Made by a program: the position numbers and the translations under genes. Below, piece by piece: positions 1 through 11,219 of a stretch of DNA of 64,000 nucleotides. Numbering within the stretch: the first letter of the stretch is position 1; the number at the start of each line of letters is the position of its first letter. Source of the stretch: an uncultured delta proteobacterium (GTDB lineage Bacteria; Desulfobacterota; Desulfomonilia; UBA1062); the NCBI GenBank assembly GCA_963785235.1, contig CAWAUM010000010.1, forward strand, positions 84,365 to 148,364, written 5' to 3'. The notes beneath the pieces are model-generated. The model was not told the DNA's origin, did no database searches, and saw only the letters and a program-made list of their open reading frames with translations.

Positions 1-312
1 GGGCTCAAGGTTTGTCAGTATTGCAGCCAGGTCACCGGATTTCTCGATGGCCGGCCCGCTTGTTACCCGCAATCCCACCTGCAGTTCATGGGCGATGATG
101 TGGGCCAGCGTGGTCTTGCCCAGGCCTGGAGGGCCGTAGAAAAGGCAGTGATCGAGCGCCTCCCCCCTCCCCTTTGCCGCCTTGATGAAGATCTCCAGGT
201 TATCCTTGAGGGCATCCTGCCCAACATATTCCTTGAGGCTTTCGGGACGGATGCGGGCCTCAAGCTCACATTCCTGGCCGCCAAGCGCGGTGCCTGCAAG
301 ATCGTCTCTCAT
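1..312 (-). CDS. ruvB: Holliday junction branch-migration ATPase RuvB, N-terminal ~104 codons (rest lies beyond the window start)
   Basis: Manual minus-strand translation gives [32 protein letters not shown]...[21 protein letters not shown]. The Walker A motif and RuvB N-terminal motifs are present. The ATG at 312..310 overlaps the ruvA stop as ATGA. Confidence 0.9.
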   Translation of the reverse strand, partial: MRDDLAGTALGGQECELEARIRPESLKEYVGQDALKDNLEIFIKAAKGRGEALDHCLFYGPPGLGKTTLAHIIAHELQVGLRVTSGPAIEKSGDLAAILTNLEP

Positions 313-875
313 AGCAGTTCCTTTAATGCCTTCCTCACCAGATCCTCCACCGTATCTGCCTTGACCGAACCCACGGACTTCCGGGCCTGGTTCTCAGAAT
401 ACCCCAGCGTGACAAGGGCGGAAACTGCATCCTCGCCCATGTCCCTTGAAGTTCCCCGGGCAATGGTCTTATAATTCCTGGCAATGCGCTCCTTGAGCTC
501 GAGGACAATGCGCTGGGCGCCCTTGTTGCCGATGCCCGGCAGCCCCATGAGATAGGATATGTTCTCGCTCACAACCTCCTCGAGGAACCTGTTGGGATCC
601 ACAGACGAGACGATGTTCATGGCCGTCTTGGGGCCTATCCCGGATACGCCGAGCAGGAGTGCGAAGATCTCGCGCTGTCGCTGGTCGAGGAAACCATACA
701 GATCCATGGAGTCCTGGCGAACGATGAGCATGGTAAACAGGGTCACATCGTGGTTGTCTCCATGTGATAACTGTGTCCCGGCAGGGACGTTTACCAGGTA
801 ACCCACACCTCCTACCATGAGGACCGCCTGGTTGCCCGAGAACTGGGCCACCTGCCCTTTCAGCATGCTGATCAT
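309..875 (-). CDS. ruvA: Holliday junction DNA helicase subunit RuvA
   Basis: The 201-aa ORF matches RuvA over its full length ([12 protein letters not shown]...GVGYLVNVP...GIGPKTA...). Start moved to the internal ATG at 875 (MISMLKG) by alignment with the canonical RuvA N-terminus. This abuts the ruvC stop at 872. Confidence 0.9.
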   Translation of the reverse strand: MISMLKGQVAQFSGNQAVLMVGGVGYLVNVPAGTQLSHGDNHDVTLFTMLIVRQDSMDLYGFLDQRQREIFALLLGVSGIGPKTAMNIVSSVDPNRFLEEVVSENISYLMGLPGIGNKGAQRIVLELKERIARNYKTIARGTSRDMGEDAVSALVTLGYSENQARKSVGSVKADTVEDLVRKALKELL

Positions 876-1366
876 TGCATGAGCCTCCTCATACGCCGCG
901 TGGAAGAATGACACACACCTATGGCCAGCGCATCCGAAGCATCCAGAGAGGTGACCGTTGTCTTTGGGAGGTGGAGAATAGTGCTCACCATGGCATGTAT
1001 CTGGACCTTGCCGGCATGGCCGTAACCGCAGGTGGCCTTCTTGACCTCGGTGGGTGTATATTCAAACACCGGTATCTCGAGCATGGCGGCGGCGAGCAGG
1101 ATGGCCCCCCTCGCCTGTCCGAGCTTGAGGGCTGTCTGGGAATTCAAGGCATGAAAGGAACTCTCCACCGCCACCTCTTCGGGGTTAAACTGGCGGAATA
1201 TGTCCGTTAATCCGTCAAAGATCTCTTTGAGCCGTCCTGCCGTGTCATCGGAGATGGGTTTGATTGTCCCATGCGCCACATGGACCAGGCTCGAAGACGA
1301 TGAATTCATGTCAAGGATGCCGTATCCCGTGGCCTTGTTTCCCGGATCTATTCCACAGATTATCAT
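872..1366 (-). CDS. ruvC: Crossover junction endodeoxyribonuclease RuvC
   Basis: [18 protein letters not shown]...AIGVCH: RuvC catalytic motifs, 164 aa. Confidence 0.9.
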   Translation of the reverse strand: MIICGIDPGNKATGYGILDMNSSSSSLVHVAHGTIKPISDDTAGRLKEIFDGLTDIFRQFNPEEVAVESSFHALNSQTALKLGQARGAILLAAAMLEIPVFEYTPTEVKKATCGYGHAGKVQIHAMVSTILHLPKTTVTSLDASDALAIGVCHSSTRRMRRLMQ

Positions 1367-2115
1367 TATCCCTGGAGCTGGGCCATCTCCTCATCGTCGA
1401 TATCGAAGTTCGAGGATACCGCCTGGACGTCGTCAAGGTCTTCCAGGGCATCCAGCAGCTTCAAGGCCTGTTGGGCAGGCTTTCCGGTAAGCCTTACATT
1501 GGTCTGGGGGATCATCTGGACTTCCAGCGAGTTGTACTTGATGCCCTTGGTTTCCAGGGCTGTACGTAATGCTTCAAGGTCTTCGGGGACCGTAAGGATC
1601 TCAAAGCTCTCCCCTGCATCCGTTACGTCATCCGCACCTGCACTTAAGGCCACGTCGTAAAGGGTCTCCTCGTCAACGGTTTGCTTATCGATTGATGCAT
1701 AGCCTTTCTTATCGAACATCCAGTTCACGCAGCCCGTCTCGCCGAGGTTGCCGTTATACTTTGAAAACAGGTGCCGGATATCAGCCACTGCACGGTTCTT
1801 ATTGTCCGTAAGCACCTTGACGAGCACTGCCACACCGCCCGGACCATAGCCCTCATAGGTGATTTCCTCGAAGGAAACCCCGTCGAGCCCTCCTGATCCT
1901 TTCTTAATGGCACGATCGATATTGTCCTTGGGCATATTGGAGGCCTTAGCCGAGCTTATCGCAGCCCTCAGCCTTGCATTGCCTTCGATATCACCGCCTC
2001 CCATGCGTGCTGCGACTGTGATCTCCTTGATGATCTTGGAGAAAACCTTTCCCCGCTTGGCGTCTGCAGCGCCCTTCTTATGCTTGATAGTAGACCATTT
2101 ATTGTGACCGGACAT
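1366..2115 (-). CDS. yebC: YebC/PmpR family DNA-binding transcriptional regulator
   Basis: [32 protein letters not shown]... is the canonical YebC N-terminus. Start set at ATG 2115..2113 (MSGHNKW); the ORF-track start lies 32 codons upstream. Confidence 0.9.
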   Translation of the reverse strand: MSGHNKWSTIKHKKGAADAKRGKVFSKIIKEITVAARMGGGDIEGNARLRAAISSAKASNMPKDNIDRAIKKGSGGLDGVSFEEITYEGYGPGGVAVLVKVLTDNKNRAVADIRHLFSKYNGNLGETGCVNWMFDKKGYASIDKQTVDEETLYDVALSAGADDVTDAGESFEILTVPEDLEALRTALETKGIKYNSLEVQMIPQTNVRLTGKPAQQALKLLDALEDLDDVQAVSSNFDIDDEEMAQLQG

Positions 2116-2290
2116 ACACGATCCTCCCCTTTCTCGCTTGAAACCTTCTCGGTAACCAGTATTTATCACAGTGAATCCATAATGACAAGCAGGCCTTAAG
2201 CTCTGCTGCAAGCGCAGGAACAGCTTGCAGGGGAATTAACCGGTTATTTGTGGCTGGTGATTGATACACCAAGCTTTGACTGTAGCGTTA

Positions 2291-3190
2291 TCAGCTGCTT
2301 TTTACCTCATTATTATTGATCTCCTGGCTCATAACCACACCGACTATAACCACTGCTGACGCCACATACTGCATAGCCGTGAAGCGTTCACCCAGAATAA
2401 TCCAGCTGAAAAGGACCGTGAGAACAGGGATGAGATTTACAAATGCCGATGCCTTGCTTGCAGGCACCTTGCTTACCGCATAGTTATACAGACCATAGGC
2501 ACCCATGGTGACAAAGATCCCGAGGTAGACAATACTGAATGCAGGGAGCGCCTCGAACCTGACCGGCAGGGTAGTCCTTTGCAGAAAGAGAAAGGGCAGG
2601 AAAAAGATGCTCCCGGCAAAGGCCTGAAGTGCAGTGAGAAACAACGGGGTGTACATTGCAGACAGACGTTTGAGAGAGATCGTGTAGCCCGTTGCGCACA
2701 CCATTGCCAGGAATTCGTAGAAATTACCAAGTTCCGGGTTAGGGGCCGAATCATTGGACAGTGCAGCCAGACTCAACAGGCATACACCTAGAATAGCAAG
2801 GAGAAACCCAAGGACGGTTTTTATGCTTATTGATTCCTTGAGGTAAAAGCCTGCCGAGATGGCTACCATGAGAGGGAGTATGGCCGTGATCATGCCTGCC
2901 TGTGAGGCCGTGGTGTTCTTCAGTGCCGCCGCCTCGAACAGAAAGTAGAGGCACGGCTCGCAGGCGAGCATAAAGATAAGCGTTGGGATGTCTTTGCCCA
3001 TGAGACGGTTCTTTTTCAGAACTCCTGAAAAAGGGATGAAACAGATGCTCGCCGTGGCCATCCTGCCAAAGATGACAACCATGGGGTCATAGGCCATGAA
3101 GGCAAGTTTCAGGGCAATAAACGAGCTCGCCCAGAGCACCATGGCACCAAGCAGACACACTATGGGGACAATAAAGTCTCTTTGCAGCAT
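2291..3190 (-). CDS. EamA/DMT-family drug/metabolite transporter
   Basis: The ~300-aa polytopic membrane protein has two EamA-like halves. The listed start at 3211 is GTG; ATG 3190 (MLQRDF) has a GGGAAAGA ribosome-binding site. Confidence 0.7.
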   Translation of the reverse strand: MLQRDFIVPIVCLLGAMVLWASSFIALKLAFMAYDPMVVIFGRMATASICFIPFSGVLKKNRLMGKDIPTLIFMLACEPCLYFLFEAAALKNTTASQAGMITAILPLMVAISAGFYLKESISIKTVLGFLLAILGVCLLSLAALSNDSAPNPELGNFYEFLAMVCATGYTISLKRLSAMYTPLFLTALQAFAGSIFFLPFLFLQRTTLPVRFEALPAFSIVYLGIFVTMGAYGLYNYAVSKVPASKASAFVNLIPVLTVLFSWIILGERFTAMQYVASAVVIVGVVMSQEINNNEVKSS

Positions 3191-3369
3191 CCGTCTTTCC
3201 CGATCAGGCACGTGTCATCACACATGGCCGGTCTCAACCCATAACACGAGCAGTGTTTTCATAGAATCGGAATCTGTATGAAATGATTTCATTGCAGCAT
3301 GACAAAACCCATTGTATACAAAAATCGAACATTATAATCCGCATTGTTCTTAGACAAGGAGAGCCGACC

Positions 3370-3849
3370 ATGAAGTTCTGCCCACATTGCGGACAGGGGC
3401 TTATGAAAAAACAGGTCGAGGGGAAAGACCGGCTTGCGTGCCCATCATCCTCATGCACCTACGTGTTCTGGGACAACCCCACACCTGTAGTGGCAGCCAT
3501 TGTGGAACTGGATGGCAGTGTTATCCTGGCGCGGAACAAGCTCTGGCCCGAAAAGATGTTCGGCCTGGTGACAGGGTTCCTTGAAAAGGGAGAGACACCG
3601 GCGTCGGCAGTACTGCGCGAGGTGAAGGAGGAACTCGGGCTCACAGGGACTGTTGCCGACTTCATTGGCATCTACAGCTTCTTGGAACAAAACCAGCTCA
3701 TAATCGCCTATCATGTGGGCGCACACGGTACGGTGACCCTGGGAGAAGAAATTGCAGAGGTCAGGTATGTGAGCCCGGAACGCCTCAAGCCATGGCCATT
3801 CGGCACCGGTTATGCGGTGAAAGACTGGCTTGAGGGGAGAAATACGTAA
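3370..3849 (+). CDS. NUDIX hydrolase with N-terminal C4 zinc ribbon (NudC-like)
   Basis: MKFCPHCG...ACPSSSC zinc ribbon followed by a Nudix box ([23 protein letters not shown]). Ribosome-binding site AAGGAG precedes ATG 3370. Confidence 0.8.
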   Translation: MKFCPHCGQGLMKKQVEGKDRLACPSSSCTYVFWDNPTPVVAAIVELDGSVILARNKLWPEKMFGLVTGFLEKGETPASAVLREVKEELGLTGTVADFIGIYSFLEQNQLIIAYHVGAHGTVTLGEEIAEVRYVSPERLKPWPFGTGYAVKDWLEGRNT

Positions 3850-3907
3850 ATCTAAAAATGCAGCTCATGCTGCACAAGATATTTTATCAATAACCAAGGA
3901 GTTAACT

Positions 3908-4501
3908 ATGGAAAGGAGAATGTTTATTATTATGATGATCTTGTTCAGTTTGCTCAGTACAACAGTGGAAGCCGCCAAAAACCCGAAGGTAGTCCTTGAG
4001 ACAAGCATGGGGGACATCACCCTTGAGCTTTACCCTGACAAAGCGCCTGCAACGGTCAAGAACTTCCTTACCTATGTGGATGAGAAATTCTATGATGGCA
4101 CCATCTTCCACAGGGTCATCAGCGGCTTCATGATCCAGGGCGGAGGCATGACCGCTGACATGAATGAAAAATCCACCCACAGCCCGATTAAAAACGAGGC
4201 TGACAACGGCTTGAAGAATGACCGCGGCACCATCGCCATGGCCCGCACGAATGACCCGAATTCCGCCAGCTCCCAGTTCTTCATCAATGCAAAGGACAAC
4301 ACGTTCCTGAACTTCAAGAGCAAGTCCATTGAAGGATACGGGTACTGTGTGTTTGGTAAGGTGACAAAAGGCCTGGATATTGTTGAAGCCATTGAAAAGA
4401 CGCCCACGACATCCAAGGGCTTCTTTCAGGATGTGCCGGCCAAGCAGGTAGTAATTAAAAAGGCATACCGCTTCACAGAGAAGAAAGACGCTGCCCAATA
4501 A
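3908..4501 (+). CDS. Secreted cyclophilin-type peptidyl-prolyl cis-trans isomerase
   Basis: Signal peptide [22 protein letters not shown], then a cyclophilin core ([13 protein letters not shown]...SQFFIN). Ribosome-binding site AAGGAG precedes ATG 3908. Confidence 0.9.
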   Translation: MERRMFIIMMILFSLLSTTVEAAKNPKVVLETSMGDITLELYPDKAPATVKNFLTYVDEKFYDGTIFHRVISGFMIQGGGMTADMNEKSTHSPIKNEADNGLKNDRGTIAMARTNDPNSASSQFFINAKDNTFLNFKSKSIEGYGYCVFGKVTKGLDIVEAIEKTPTTSKGFFQDVPAKQVVIKKAYRFTEKKDAAQ

Positions 4502-4609
4502 CACCACGTTCTTTCTCTAGACGACCAAAGGCTCTGTCCCTACTTTGGCAAAAGGGGTCAGGGCCTCTTTCGTCTTAAGAACGAACATCAAGGATTGAGG
4601 AAAGAAACA

Positions 4610-5917
4610 ATGGGACAGGGTTCCAAAAAAGCGGTCCTTGCCTGGGCTATGTATGACTGGGCAAACTCGGCCTTTGCCACAACGGTAATGGCTGGTTTTT
4701 TCCCCATATTCTTCAAACAGTTCTGGAGTGCCGGGACAGACACTGCCCTGAGCACGGCAAGGCTGGGCCTTGCCAACTCTGTGGCAGGGATTACCGTAGC
4801 CCTTGCCGCACCCTTCCTTGGTGCCATTGCAGACCAGAGCGCTGCCAAGAAAACCTTCCTTTTTACCTTTGCTGCAATGGGGATTACGGCAACGATGAGC
4901 CTCTTTTTTGTTGCCAAGGGGCAGTGGCTGGTGGCGACAATGCTCTATGTCTTTGCCCTGATGGGCTTCTCATGCGGCAATGTCTTCTATGACTCCCTGA
5001 TAAAGACCGTATCGGATGAACCGAGGATGGACAGCGTCTCAACCCTTGGCTATGCCTTGGGCTACCTGGGCGGTGGGCTGCTCTTTGCGCTCAATGTGTT
5101 CATGGTGCTCAGACCTTCTGTGTTCGGTATGGGGCATGCATCCCAGGCAGTGAGGCTGTCGTTCATTACCGTGGGTATCTGGTGGGCCGTCTTTGCCATA
5201 CCCCTTGCAATCTTTGTACATGAGGCACGAACCGGGGATAATGAACGATCCGCACAGTTGGTGAGCAAAGGATTTCATCAGCTTTGCCAGACATTTTCAG
5301 AGGTCCGGAAACTGAAGACCATCTCCTTGTTCCTCATAGCCTACTGGCTTTATATCGATGGTGTGGATACCATTATCGTGATGGCAGTGGACTATGGACT
5401 CTCTTTAGGCTTTCGACAGGAGGATCTGATCCTGGCGCTGCTGCTGGTCCAGTTTGTAGGCTTCCCCTGTGCCATTGCCTTCGGCCGCATTGCAGACCGC
5501 ATTGGCACAAAGCCATCAATCCTGCTTGGTATTTGCGTCTATCTGTTCGTGACCGTCTGGGGCGCCTTAATCCAGAACCGCACCGAATTCTATATCATGG
5601 CCGTGCTCATCGGTTTGGTCCAGGGCGGGGTCCAGGCCCTGTCACGCTCATTTTTCGCAAAGATAATCCCACAGGACAAGACTGCTCAATACTTCGGGTT
5701 CTACAACATGCTCGGCAAGTTCGCGGCCATAATCGGCCCCCTACTCGTAGGGACAACAGTCATGCTGGCCCGATCACTGGGTGCAAGCCCCGATCTCTCA
5801 CCTCGTATCAGTATCTCATCCATTGCAATCCTCTTCATTGCAGGTGGTATGGTGCTCCTGTTCGTTGATGAAGAGAAAGGAAAGCAGGAAGCAAAGGACG
5901 TATCACAATTATTCTAA
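4610..5917 (+). CDS. MFS transporter (UMF1-like)
   Basis: 12-TM pattern with MFS-like loops; ribosome-binding site GAGGAAAG precedes the ATG. Confidence 0.75.
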   Translation: MGQGSKKAVLAWAMYDWANSAFATTVMAGFFPIFFKQFWSAGTDTALSTARLGLANSVAGITVALAAPFLGAIADQSAAKKTFLFTFAAMGITATMSLFFVAKGQWLVATMLYVFALMGFSCGNVFYDSLIKTVSDEPRMDSVSTLGYALGYLGGGLLFALNVFMVLRPSVFGMGHASQAVRLSFITVGIWWAVFAIPLAIFVHEARTGDNERSAQLVSKGFHQLCQTFSEVRKLKTISLFLIAYWLYIDGVDTIIVMAVDYGLSLGFRQEDLILALLLVQFVGFPCAIAFGRIADRIGTKPSILLGICVYLFVTVWGALIQNRTEFYIMAVLIGLVQGGVQALSRSFFAKIIPQDKTAQYFGFYNMLGKFAAIIGPLLVGTTVMLARSLGASPDLSPRISISSIAILFIAGGMVLLFVDEEKGKQEAKDVSQLF

Positions 5918-6109
5918 AACTTTTTTGTCGGCTGATGGGTATTTTCCCCTAGTATGTGACATTTGAGGAAATTCATTTCCCACACCGTAAATATCTTCCA
6001 TCAAACTGGGTTATAACTACCTGTTTTTCATCATTTATTGTAATACTTGATTTTTGCATAATTTTTGCATATAGTTTTAGATTGCTCATGGGAAATTTAT
6101 GGGGAAAGA

Positions 6110-6697
6110 ATGAAGAGGTTGTCAGCATTACTCATAACAATACTATTATTGCCATTGGCTCTATTCGCCATGAGTACGCTCTCAGATTCTGATCTTTCAG
6201 ATGTAAGCAACCCGCTGAGCCTGAGCATCAATCCTGATCAGATAATGGAATCCGACACTACCTATCTTGAAGCTTTAGATTATAGCGGTATAAGCAAATT
6301 CTTGTTCAACACGATCAAACGTGGGATCGTTTTCAATCCCGATACACATGAAGACAATAATAGAATTTGGGAAACACAAGAAATGGATACTCCGCTCTTC
6401 TTTGCACTATGGGATAACAATGATAGTCAGATCATCATTAAAAACTTCCTAATTGATCCAATCACATTAAAAGATATCACTGCAACGGACTATGATGAAG
6501 TTATCTACATTAATGTGCGTTCACCTCAAGCCGGGAACACGTACTCCATAGAATATCCCCATGGTGCCATAAATAACTCAAACACCTCTGGCACATACAC
6601 GATAACATCCGGCAATATTGAAATGCGGGACACCTTTATCAACCAGACAAGGTCCACCATTCAACCGAACAGTTGGGTGGATATTAAAACACGCTGA
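6110..6697 (+). CDS. Hypothetical secreted protein in an AT-rich islet
   Basis: N-terminal signal peptide MKRLSALLITILLLPLALFA. Low GC. I recognise no family. Confidence 0.5.
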   Translation: MKRLSALLITILLLPLALFAMSTLSDSDLSDVSNPLSLSINPDQIMESDTTYLEALDYSGISKFLFNTIKRGIVFNPDTHEDNNRIWETQEMDTPLFFALWDNNDSQIIIKNFLIDPITLKDITATDYDEVIYINVRSPQAGNTYSIEYPHGAINNSNTSGTYTITSGNIEMRDTFINQTRSTIQPNSWVDIKTR

Positions 6698-6763
6698 TTC
6701 GTATGATATTACACGGATCGGGACTCAGAGCTGAAAACATACTCAATGCACCGGAGGCGAACC

Positions 6764-7075
6764 ATGCGACATAAACCGTTTAACCTTTTTATTATACTTT
6801 TGGTTTCCTTGTTTTTTTCAGGATGTGCCGCCCTCTATACCGACATCAAGACGCCAATGCCTTCGCTAGGCCTGAACACTGACGCCCAGGGAACCACCCA
6901 TGTTGGAAAGGCCTCCTGTGCTTCCTATGTGTGGATTGTAGCATTAGGAGACTGCAGTGTCCAAGCAGCCATGCAAAACGGCAGCATATCCAAGGTTCAC
7001 CATATGGACACAGAAATAAACAGTTATTTCTTAGGGATATATACCAAGTTCACTACCGTGGTGTACGGGGAATAG
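6764..7075 (+). CDS. Small lipoprotein (TRL-like family, tentative)
   Basis: Lipobox LFFSGC, ~100 aa, AT-rich. Family assignment from memory only. Confidence 0.45.
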   Translation: MRHKPFNLFIILLVSLFFSGCAALYTDIKTPMPSLGLNTDAQGTTHVGKASCASYVWIVALGDCSVQAAMQNGSISKVHHMDTEINSYFLGIYTKFTTVVYGE

Positions 7076-7187
7076 CGAACAATCTTTAAGTTTAAAACGT
7101 TACGTGCCAGGTGGATGTCTCAGGGAGAAGGAAATCCTGACCAATCTCTCCTCGTAAGATTAAAGCCTAGCATCTGAAACATTTGTA

Positions 7188-8285
7188 TTACAGTATCGTC
7201 CTCTTCCCGTTATAACGATCCGTATCGTAGTACTTGTCCACATCCACTATCCTGAGCCTGTCGATTACCTCTTTCATGGGCACCGAGGTGATCTCGCCGT
7301 GGAGGTAACTCACCATCCTCCCATAATCCTCGTTCAATATCATGTCTATGGCCGCGATCCCGAACCATCTGGCCATGAGCCTGTCCCGGGCGGAAGGCGA
7401 TCCACCCCTCTGGAGGTGGCTCAGCGTGACATAGCGGGCCTCAAAACCTGTTCTCTTCTGAATCTCCTCAGCAATATAAGCCGAAATTCCTCCCAGTGAC
7501 CTGTGGCCGAACTCGTCAAGCTTGTCGTCCTTGTAGAACTCCTTGTCGCCGCCCAGCTTGGCGCCTTCAGACACGACAATGATGCTGTACTGTATTTCAC
7601 GGCCCCTGCGTCCCTGGAGGAGCTCACAGATCCGTTCGATGCTGAAGGGGTACTCGGGGATCAGGATGATATAAGCCCCGCTGCATTCACCGCCGTGAAG
7701 CGCCAGCCATCCGGCATGCCTGCCCATGGTCTCCACCACGAAGATCCTGTTGTGGGACCCGGCGGTGGTACGAAGGCGGTCAATCTCCTCCATGATGATG
7801 TTCACGGCTGAGTCGAAACCCAAAGAATACTCGGTCCCGATGAGGTCGCCATCGATGGTCTTGGGGATCCCGATGGTCTTGAGGCCTTGCTTGTAGAGCT
7901 TGTAGGCCACGCCTAGCGTGTCCTCGCCGCCTACGGCAACGATGACATCGATCCCGAGCTTATTGATATTTTCAATGACCTTCTCTGAGCGGTTCTTCTT
8001 CGGGTTGAATGGGTTGGTACGCGACGTGCCGAGGTTTGTCCCCCCATAGCGGTCCCAGGTCCTGACAACCTCCTCATCGAGGTTCATGATATGCTGGGCC
8101 ATGCTTTCGGGATTATCCGGGTCCACCTCCACGAGGCCTTTCCACCCATCCCTGATGCCGAGCACATCAAACTTGATGGATCTCTTCTCTTCAAGAAGGG
8201 GGTCGAGCGCTGTCTTGGTTACCCATTTAACCGCACCATTCAATCCGGGACAATCTCCTCCACCTGTCAGGACAGCTATTCTCAT
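7188..8285 (-). CDS. pfk: 6-phosphofructokinase (PFK-A family; ATP versus PPi dependence not decidable here)
   Basis: MRIAVLTGGGDCPGLNGAV..., GGEDTLGVA, MGRHAG motifs. Start at ATG 8285 with a GGAGGGAAGG ribosome-binding site. Confidence 0.9.
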   Translation of the reverse strand: MRIAVLTGGGDCPGLNGAVKWVTKTALDPLLEEKRSIKFDVLGIRDGWKGLVEVDPDNPESMAQHIMNLDEEVVRTWDRYGGTNLGTSRTNPFNPKKNRSEKVIENINKLGIDVIVAVGGEDTLGVAYKLYKQGLKTIGIPKTIDGDLIGTEYSLGFDSAVNIIMEEIDRLRTTAGSHNRIFVVETMGRHAGWLALHGGECSGAYIILIPEYPFSIERICELLQGRRGREIQYSIIVVSEGAKLGGDKEFYKDDKLDEFGHRSLGGISAYIAEEIQKRTGFEARYVTLSHLQRGGSPSARDRLMARWFGIAAIDMILNEDYGRMVSYLHGEITSVPMKEVIDRLRIVDVDKYYDTDRYNGKRTIL

Positions 8286-8457
8286 TTTACCCTTCCCTCC
8301 TGTTCTCAGTCCAAAACTGTTCTCTTCACGAACGGCCTTTTCACCATTATAATCCTCAAATACACCTCGGCAAGATACGTTTAAAAAATGAGTATCTTTG
8401 GTGTGTGTTTGCATGAAGGCACATACTTCGGATACAATATGATAAAAGGAGGGACAT

Positions 8458-9204
8458 ATGAAAGTCATATTCCATGAGGACTTCTACAAGGAGTACACCT
8501 CCGACCCGGCAGCTGAGGAAGGAAGAATTGAGGCGGTCATGGAGGTGATCAGCGGCAAGATTGAGCTTATCACGGCCCAGAATGCCCTTCTTGAAGACAT
8601 CGAAGCAGTGCACACACCGGCACATATGGAACGGGTGAAAAACATGGGCCTCCATGAGATAGCATCCCTGGCAGCAGGCGGTGCCATCCAGGCTGCAGAA
8701 ATAGGCATGAAGGAGCCATGCTTCGCCCTCATCCGGCCGCCTGGACACCATGCCTCTTCAGACTCTGCCTGGGGTTTCTGCTTCTACAGCAACATGGCTA
8801 TCGCCATTGAGCACATGAAGCGAACCGGGGCCATTGAGAACGCCTATGTGCTTGACTTCGATCTCCACTACGGTGACGGCACGGTAAACATCCTGGGCAA
8901 GAAGGGTTATGTGAAGATCCACAATCCCAACTCCGCCGAACGTGTCTCATACCTCAAAGAGGTTGCCGGTGAGCTTGAGCATGTCAAGGCCGATATCATA
9001 GGCATCTCGGCAGGATTCGACAACCATGAGGAGGACTGGGGCGGGGTTTTGAGCACGGATGATTACCTGCAGATGGGCAGGCTTGTCAGGGAGACGGCCA
9101 GACGCATCGGTGCGGGATACTTCGCCATACTCGAAGGTGGTTATAATCACCGGGTCCTCGGACATAATGTCCTTGCCCTGATCCAGGGTATGGCAGGGGT
9201 ATAA
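8458..9204 (+). CDS. Histone deacetylase/AcuC-superfamily amidohydrolase (short form)
   Basis: RPPGHHA and DFDLHYGDGT motifs; ribosome-binding site AAAGGAGGG. Confidence 0.75.
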   Translation: MKVIFHEDFYKEYTSDPAAEEGRIEAVMEVISGKIELITAQNALLEDIEAVHTPAHMERVKNMGLHEIASLAAGGAIQAAEIGMKEPCFALIRPPGHHASSDSAWGFCFYSNMAIAIEHMKRTGAIENAYVLDFDLHYGDGTVNILGKKGYVKIHNPNSAERVSYLKEVAGELEHVKADIIGISAGFDNHEEDWGGVLSTDDYLQMGRLVRETARRIGAGYFAILEGGYNHRVLGHNVLALIQGMAGV

Positions 9205-9335
9205 TGAGTGGTGAAAGGAAGATATGCAGGATATCAGGGTAAAATTATCGGATGTTCTTTAAACTCTGGGATGAATACCTACGATAAGGTTATGAAAGAA
9301 TGTCTTGCAGAGATGGTTATACGAGGAGGCACTTG

Positions 9336-10903
9336 ATGAAGGTCAGTACCGTTTCCGAGATGAGGGCTTTTGACAAGGCTGCTCTTGTTCAGTTCGGCAT
9401 CCCGGAGGTGTTGCTCATGGAGAATGCCGGCCTTGCCTCCTACGACGTCCTGATGAGCCGGTGCGGTATTGCGGGCAAGTCCTTTGTCGTCCTGGCCGGC
9501 ATGGGAAACAACGGTGGTGACGGGTTTGTGGTGGCGCGCAAGATACTTTCCGGAGGCGGCAGCGTAAAGGTCTTCATCCTGGGTGATGCAGAAAAATACA
9601 CAGGCCCTGCCCTGATCAACCTTGAGATTATCCGGAAGATGCCCATGGAGATTATCGAAGTCTCCACAGCAAGGACACTCAGAAGGGATATTGCAGGCTG
9701 CGACGTGATTATCGATGCCATCTTCGGCACCGGACTGGCCCGAGAAGTTGAGGGGCTCCACAAGAAAATCATCGAATCAGTAAATTCGAGCAAGAAGATC
9801 ATTGTCAGCCTGGATATCCCTTCAGGCATAAACGGTGACACAGGCCAGGTAATGGGCTGTGCCGTGCGGGCCGACTATACCGTGACCTTCGGGCTGCCCA
9901 AGATCGGAAACCTCCTTATGCCTGGATTTCATCACTGCGGAAGGCTCTTTATCTCCCATATCTCCTTTCCGCCAAGCCTGTACGACTCCGATAAACTCAA
10001 GATCGCACTCAATGACCCCCCTTCCTCTCCCGCCAAGGGATCCTGCCGGCCACAAGGGTGACTTCGGAGAGGCGCTCTTCATTGCAGGGGCAAAGGGATA
10101 CTATGGCGCACCGCATTTTGCAGCCCTGTCCTTCATGAAGGCAGGCGGCGGGTATTCGCGTCTCGCTACACCGGAATCCATAACGCCCTTCATCGCATCC
10201 ATGGGCAGCGAGATCGTCTTCCTTCCCCAGGAGGAAACCGCATCAGGGAGCATCTCCCTTACGAACAAAGCCAGGCTTCTTGAAATCTCCGACAAGATGG
10301 ACTTCGTGGTTTTGGGCCCTGGACTTTCACTCAATGAGGAGACCTCCACGCTCATGCCGCGAACTGGCACTCAGGATAAAAAAGCCCCTGCTCATTGACG
10401 GTGACGGCATAACCGCCATCAGTAAAGACCTCACCTGCATTAAAAAAAGGAAGGCACCCACCATCCTCACCCCGCACCTGGGCGAGATGGCCAGGATAAC
10501 AGGTATACCGGTCAAGGATATTGACCATGACAGGATCGGGACTCTCAGGAAAACCGCAGGTCAACTCGGCGCCATCATCGTGATCAAGGGCGCCCATACT
10601 CTCATCGGGTGTCCTGATGGGAGGGTATTCGTGAACATGAGCGGCAACCCGGGTATGGCCACTGCAGGCTCAGGCGATGTACTCACCGGGACCATTGCCG
10701 CCATGTATGGACTTGGCCTTTCCCTTGAGGATGCGGTGCGTAAAGGGGTCTTCATACACGGGGCCTCGGGCGACCTGGCAGCACAAGAAATAGGTGAAGA
10801 CGGCATCACGGCCCAGGACATCCTCAATTATCTCCCTCACACAATGGTGCTGGACAGGAAGGGGGTGCTGGCAGGAGATTATGCCTTACCGGTAATTCTC
10901 TGA
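9336..10903 (+). pseudogene. nnr: Bifunctional NAD(P)H-hydrate epimerase/dehydratase Nnr, split over three frames by two +/-1 frameshifts
   Basis: The YjeF-N domain (9336..~10040) is followed by the YjeF-C domain continuing in another frame (LPPRDPAGHKGDFG...). A second shift falls near 10345 (STLM|[17 protein letters not shown]). The first shift sits at a C6 run at 10014..10019. Confidence 0.8.
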
Positions 10904-10945
10904 CAGGTTAATCCTATCTTTTGCATGAAAAAACTGTCCTTTACA

Positions 10946-10983
10946 AGATGGTCATCTCGCCATGGCGAGATGACCATCTTGTT
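10946..10983. terminator. 38-nt perfect palindrome (18-bp stem, 2-nt loop) between convergent genes; possible bidirectional terminator
   Basis: caagatggtcatctcgcc at ggcgagatgaccatcttg, read directly from the sequence. No clear U-tract. Confidence 0.4.
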
Positions 10984-11219
10984 AAGGCTAATTAAGAAAG
11001 CCTGACATCATGCCCTGGGGAACGGGAGATCTTATCTAGACCTGTTGCCCTGCGACTATGACACCTGGATAAAATTATTTTCATTTCTCCTGTTAAGTAA
11101 TCTCATGACCGTGTCGATAGAGTTACTAGCCAGAAAGAGTCAAAACTCTCTTCATAACTGCCAGGCCTCGATAGCTTGGCTTTTTTTTTACAAAATGTAT
11201 GTCAACGCTTTTCAGCCTA

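Noticed and set aside
63-474. ORFs 63..299 (-), 88..474 (+) and 182..364 (+) at the window start
   Set aside because: The minus-strand frame encoding RuvB (Walker [13 protein letters not shown]) explains this DNA. The listed ORFs are other-frame or antisense artefacts of GC-rich sequence.
3830-3907. Long form of the cyclophilin ORF overlapping the NUDIX gene
   Set aside because: The internal ATG at 3908 has an AAGGAG ribosome-binding site and starts directly with a signal peptide. The 5' extension overlaps the preceding gene.
5284-5868. 194-aa ORF inside the MFS transporter gene (other frame)
   Set aside because: Pro/Arg/Gly-rich low-complexity translation that fully overlaps a convincing 12-TM transporter frame.
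10012-10398. Middle nnr fragment as an independent 128-aa gene
   Set aside because: It is collinear with YjeF-C family sequence continuing from the previous and into the next frame, so it was merged into one frameshifted nnr.
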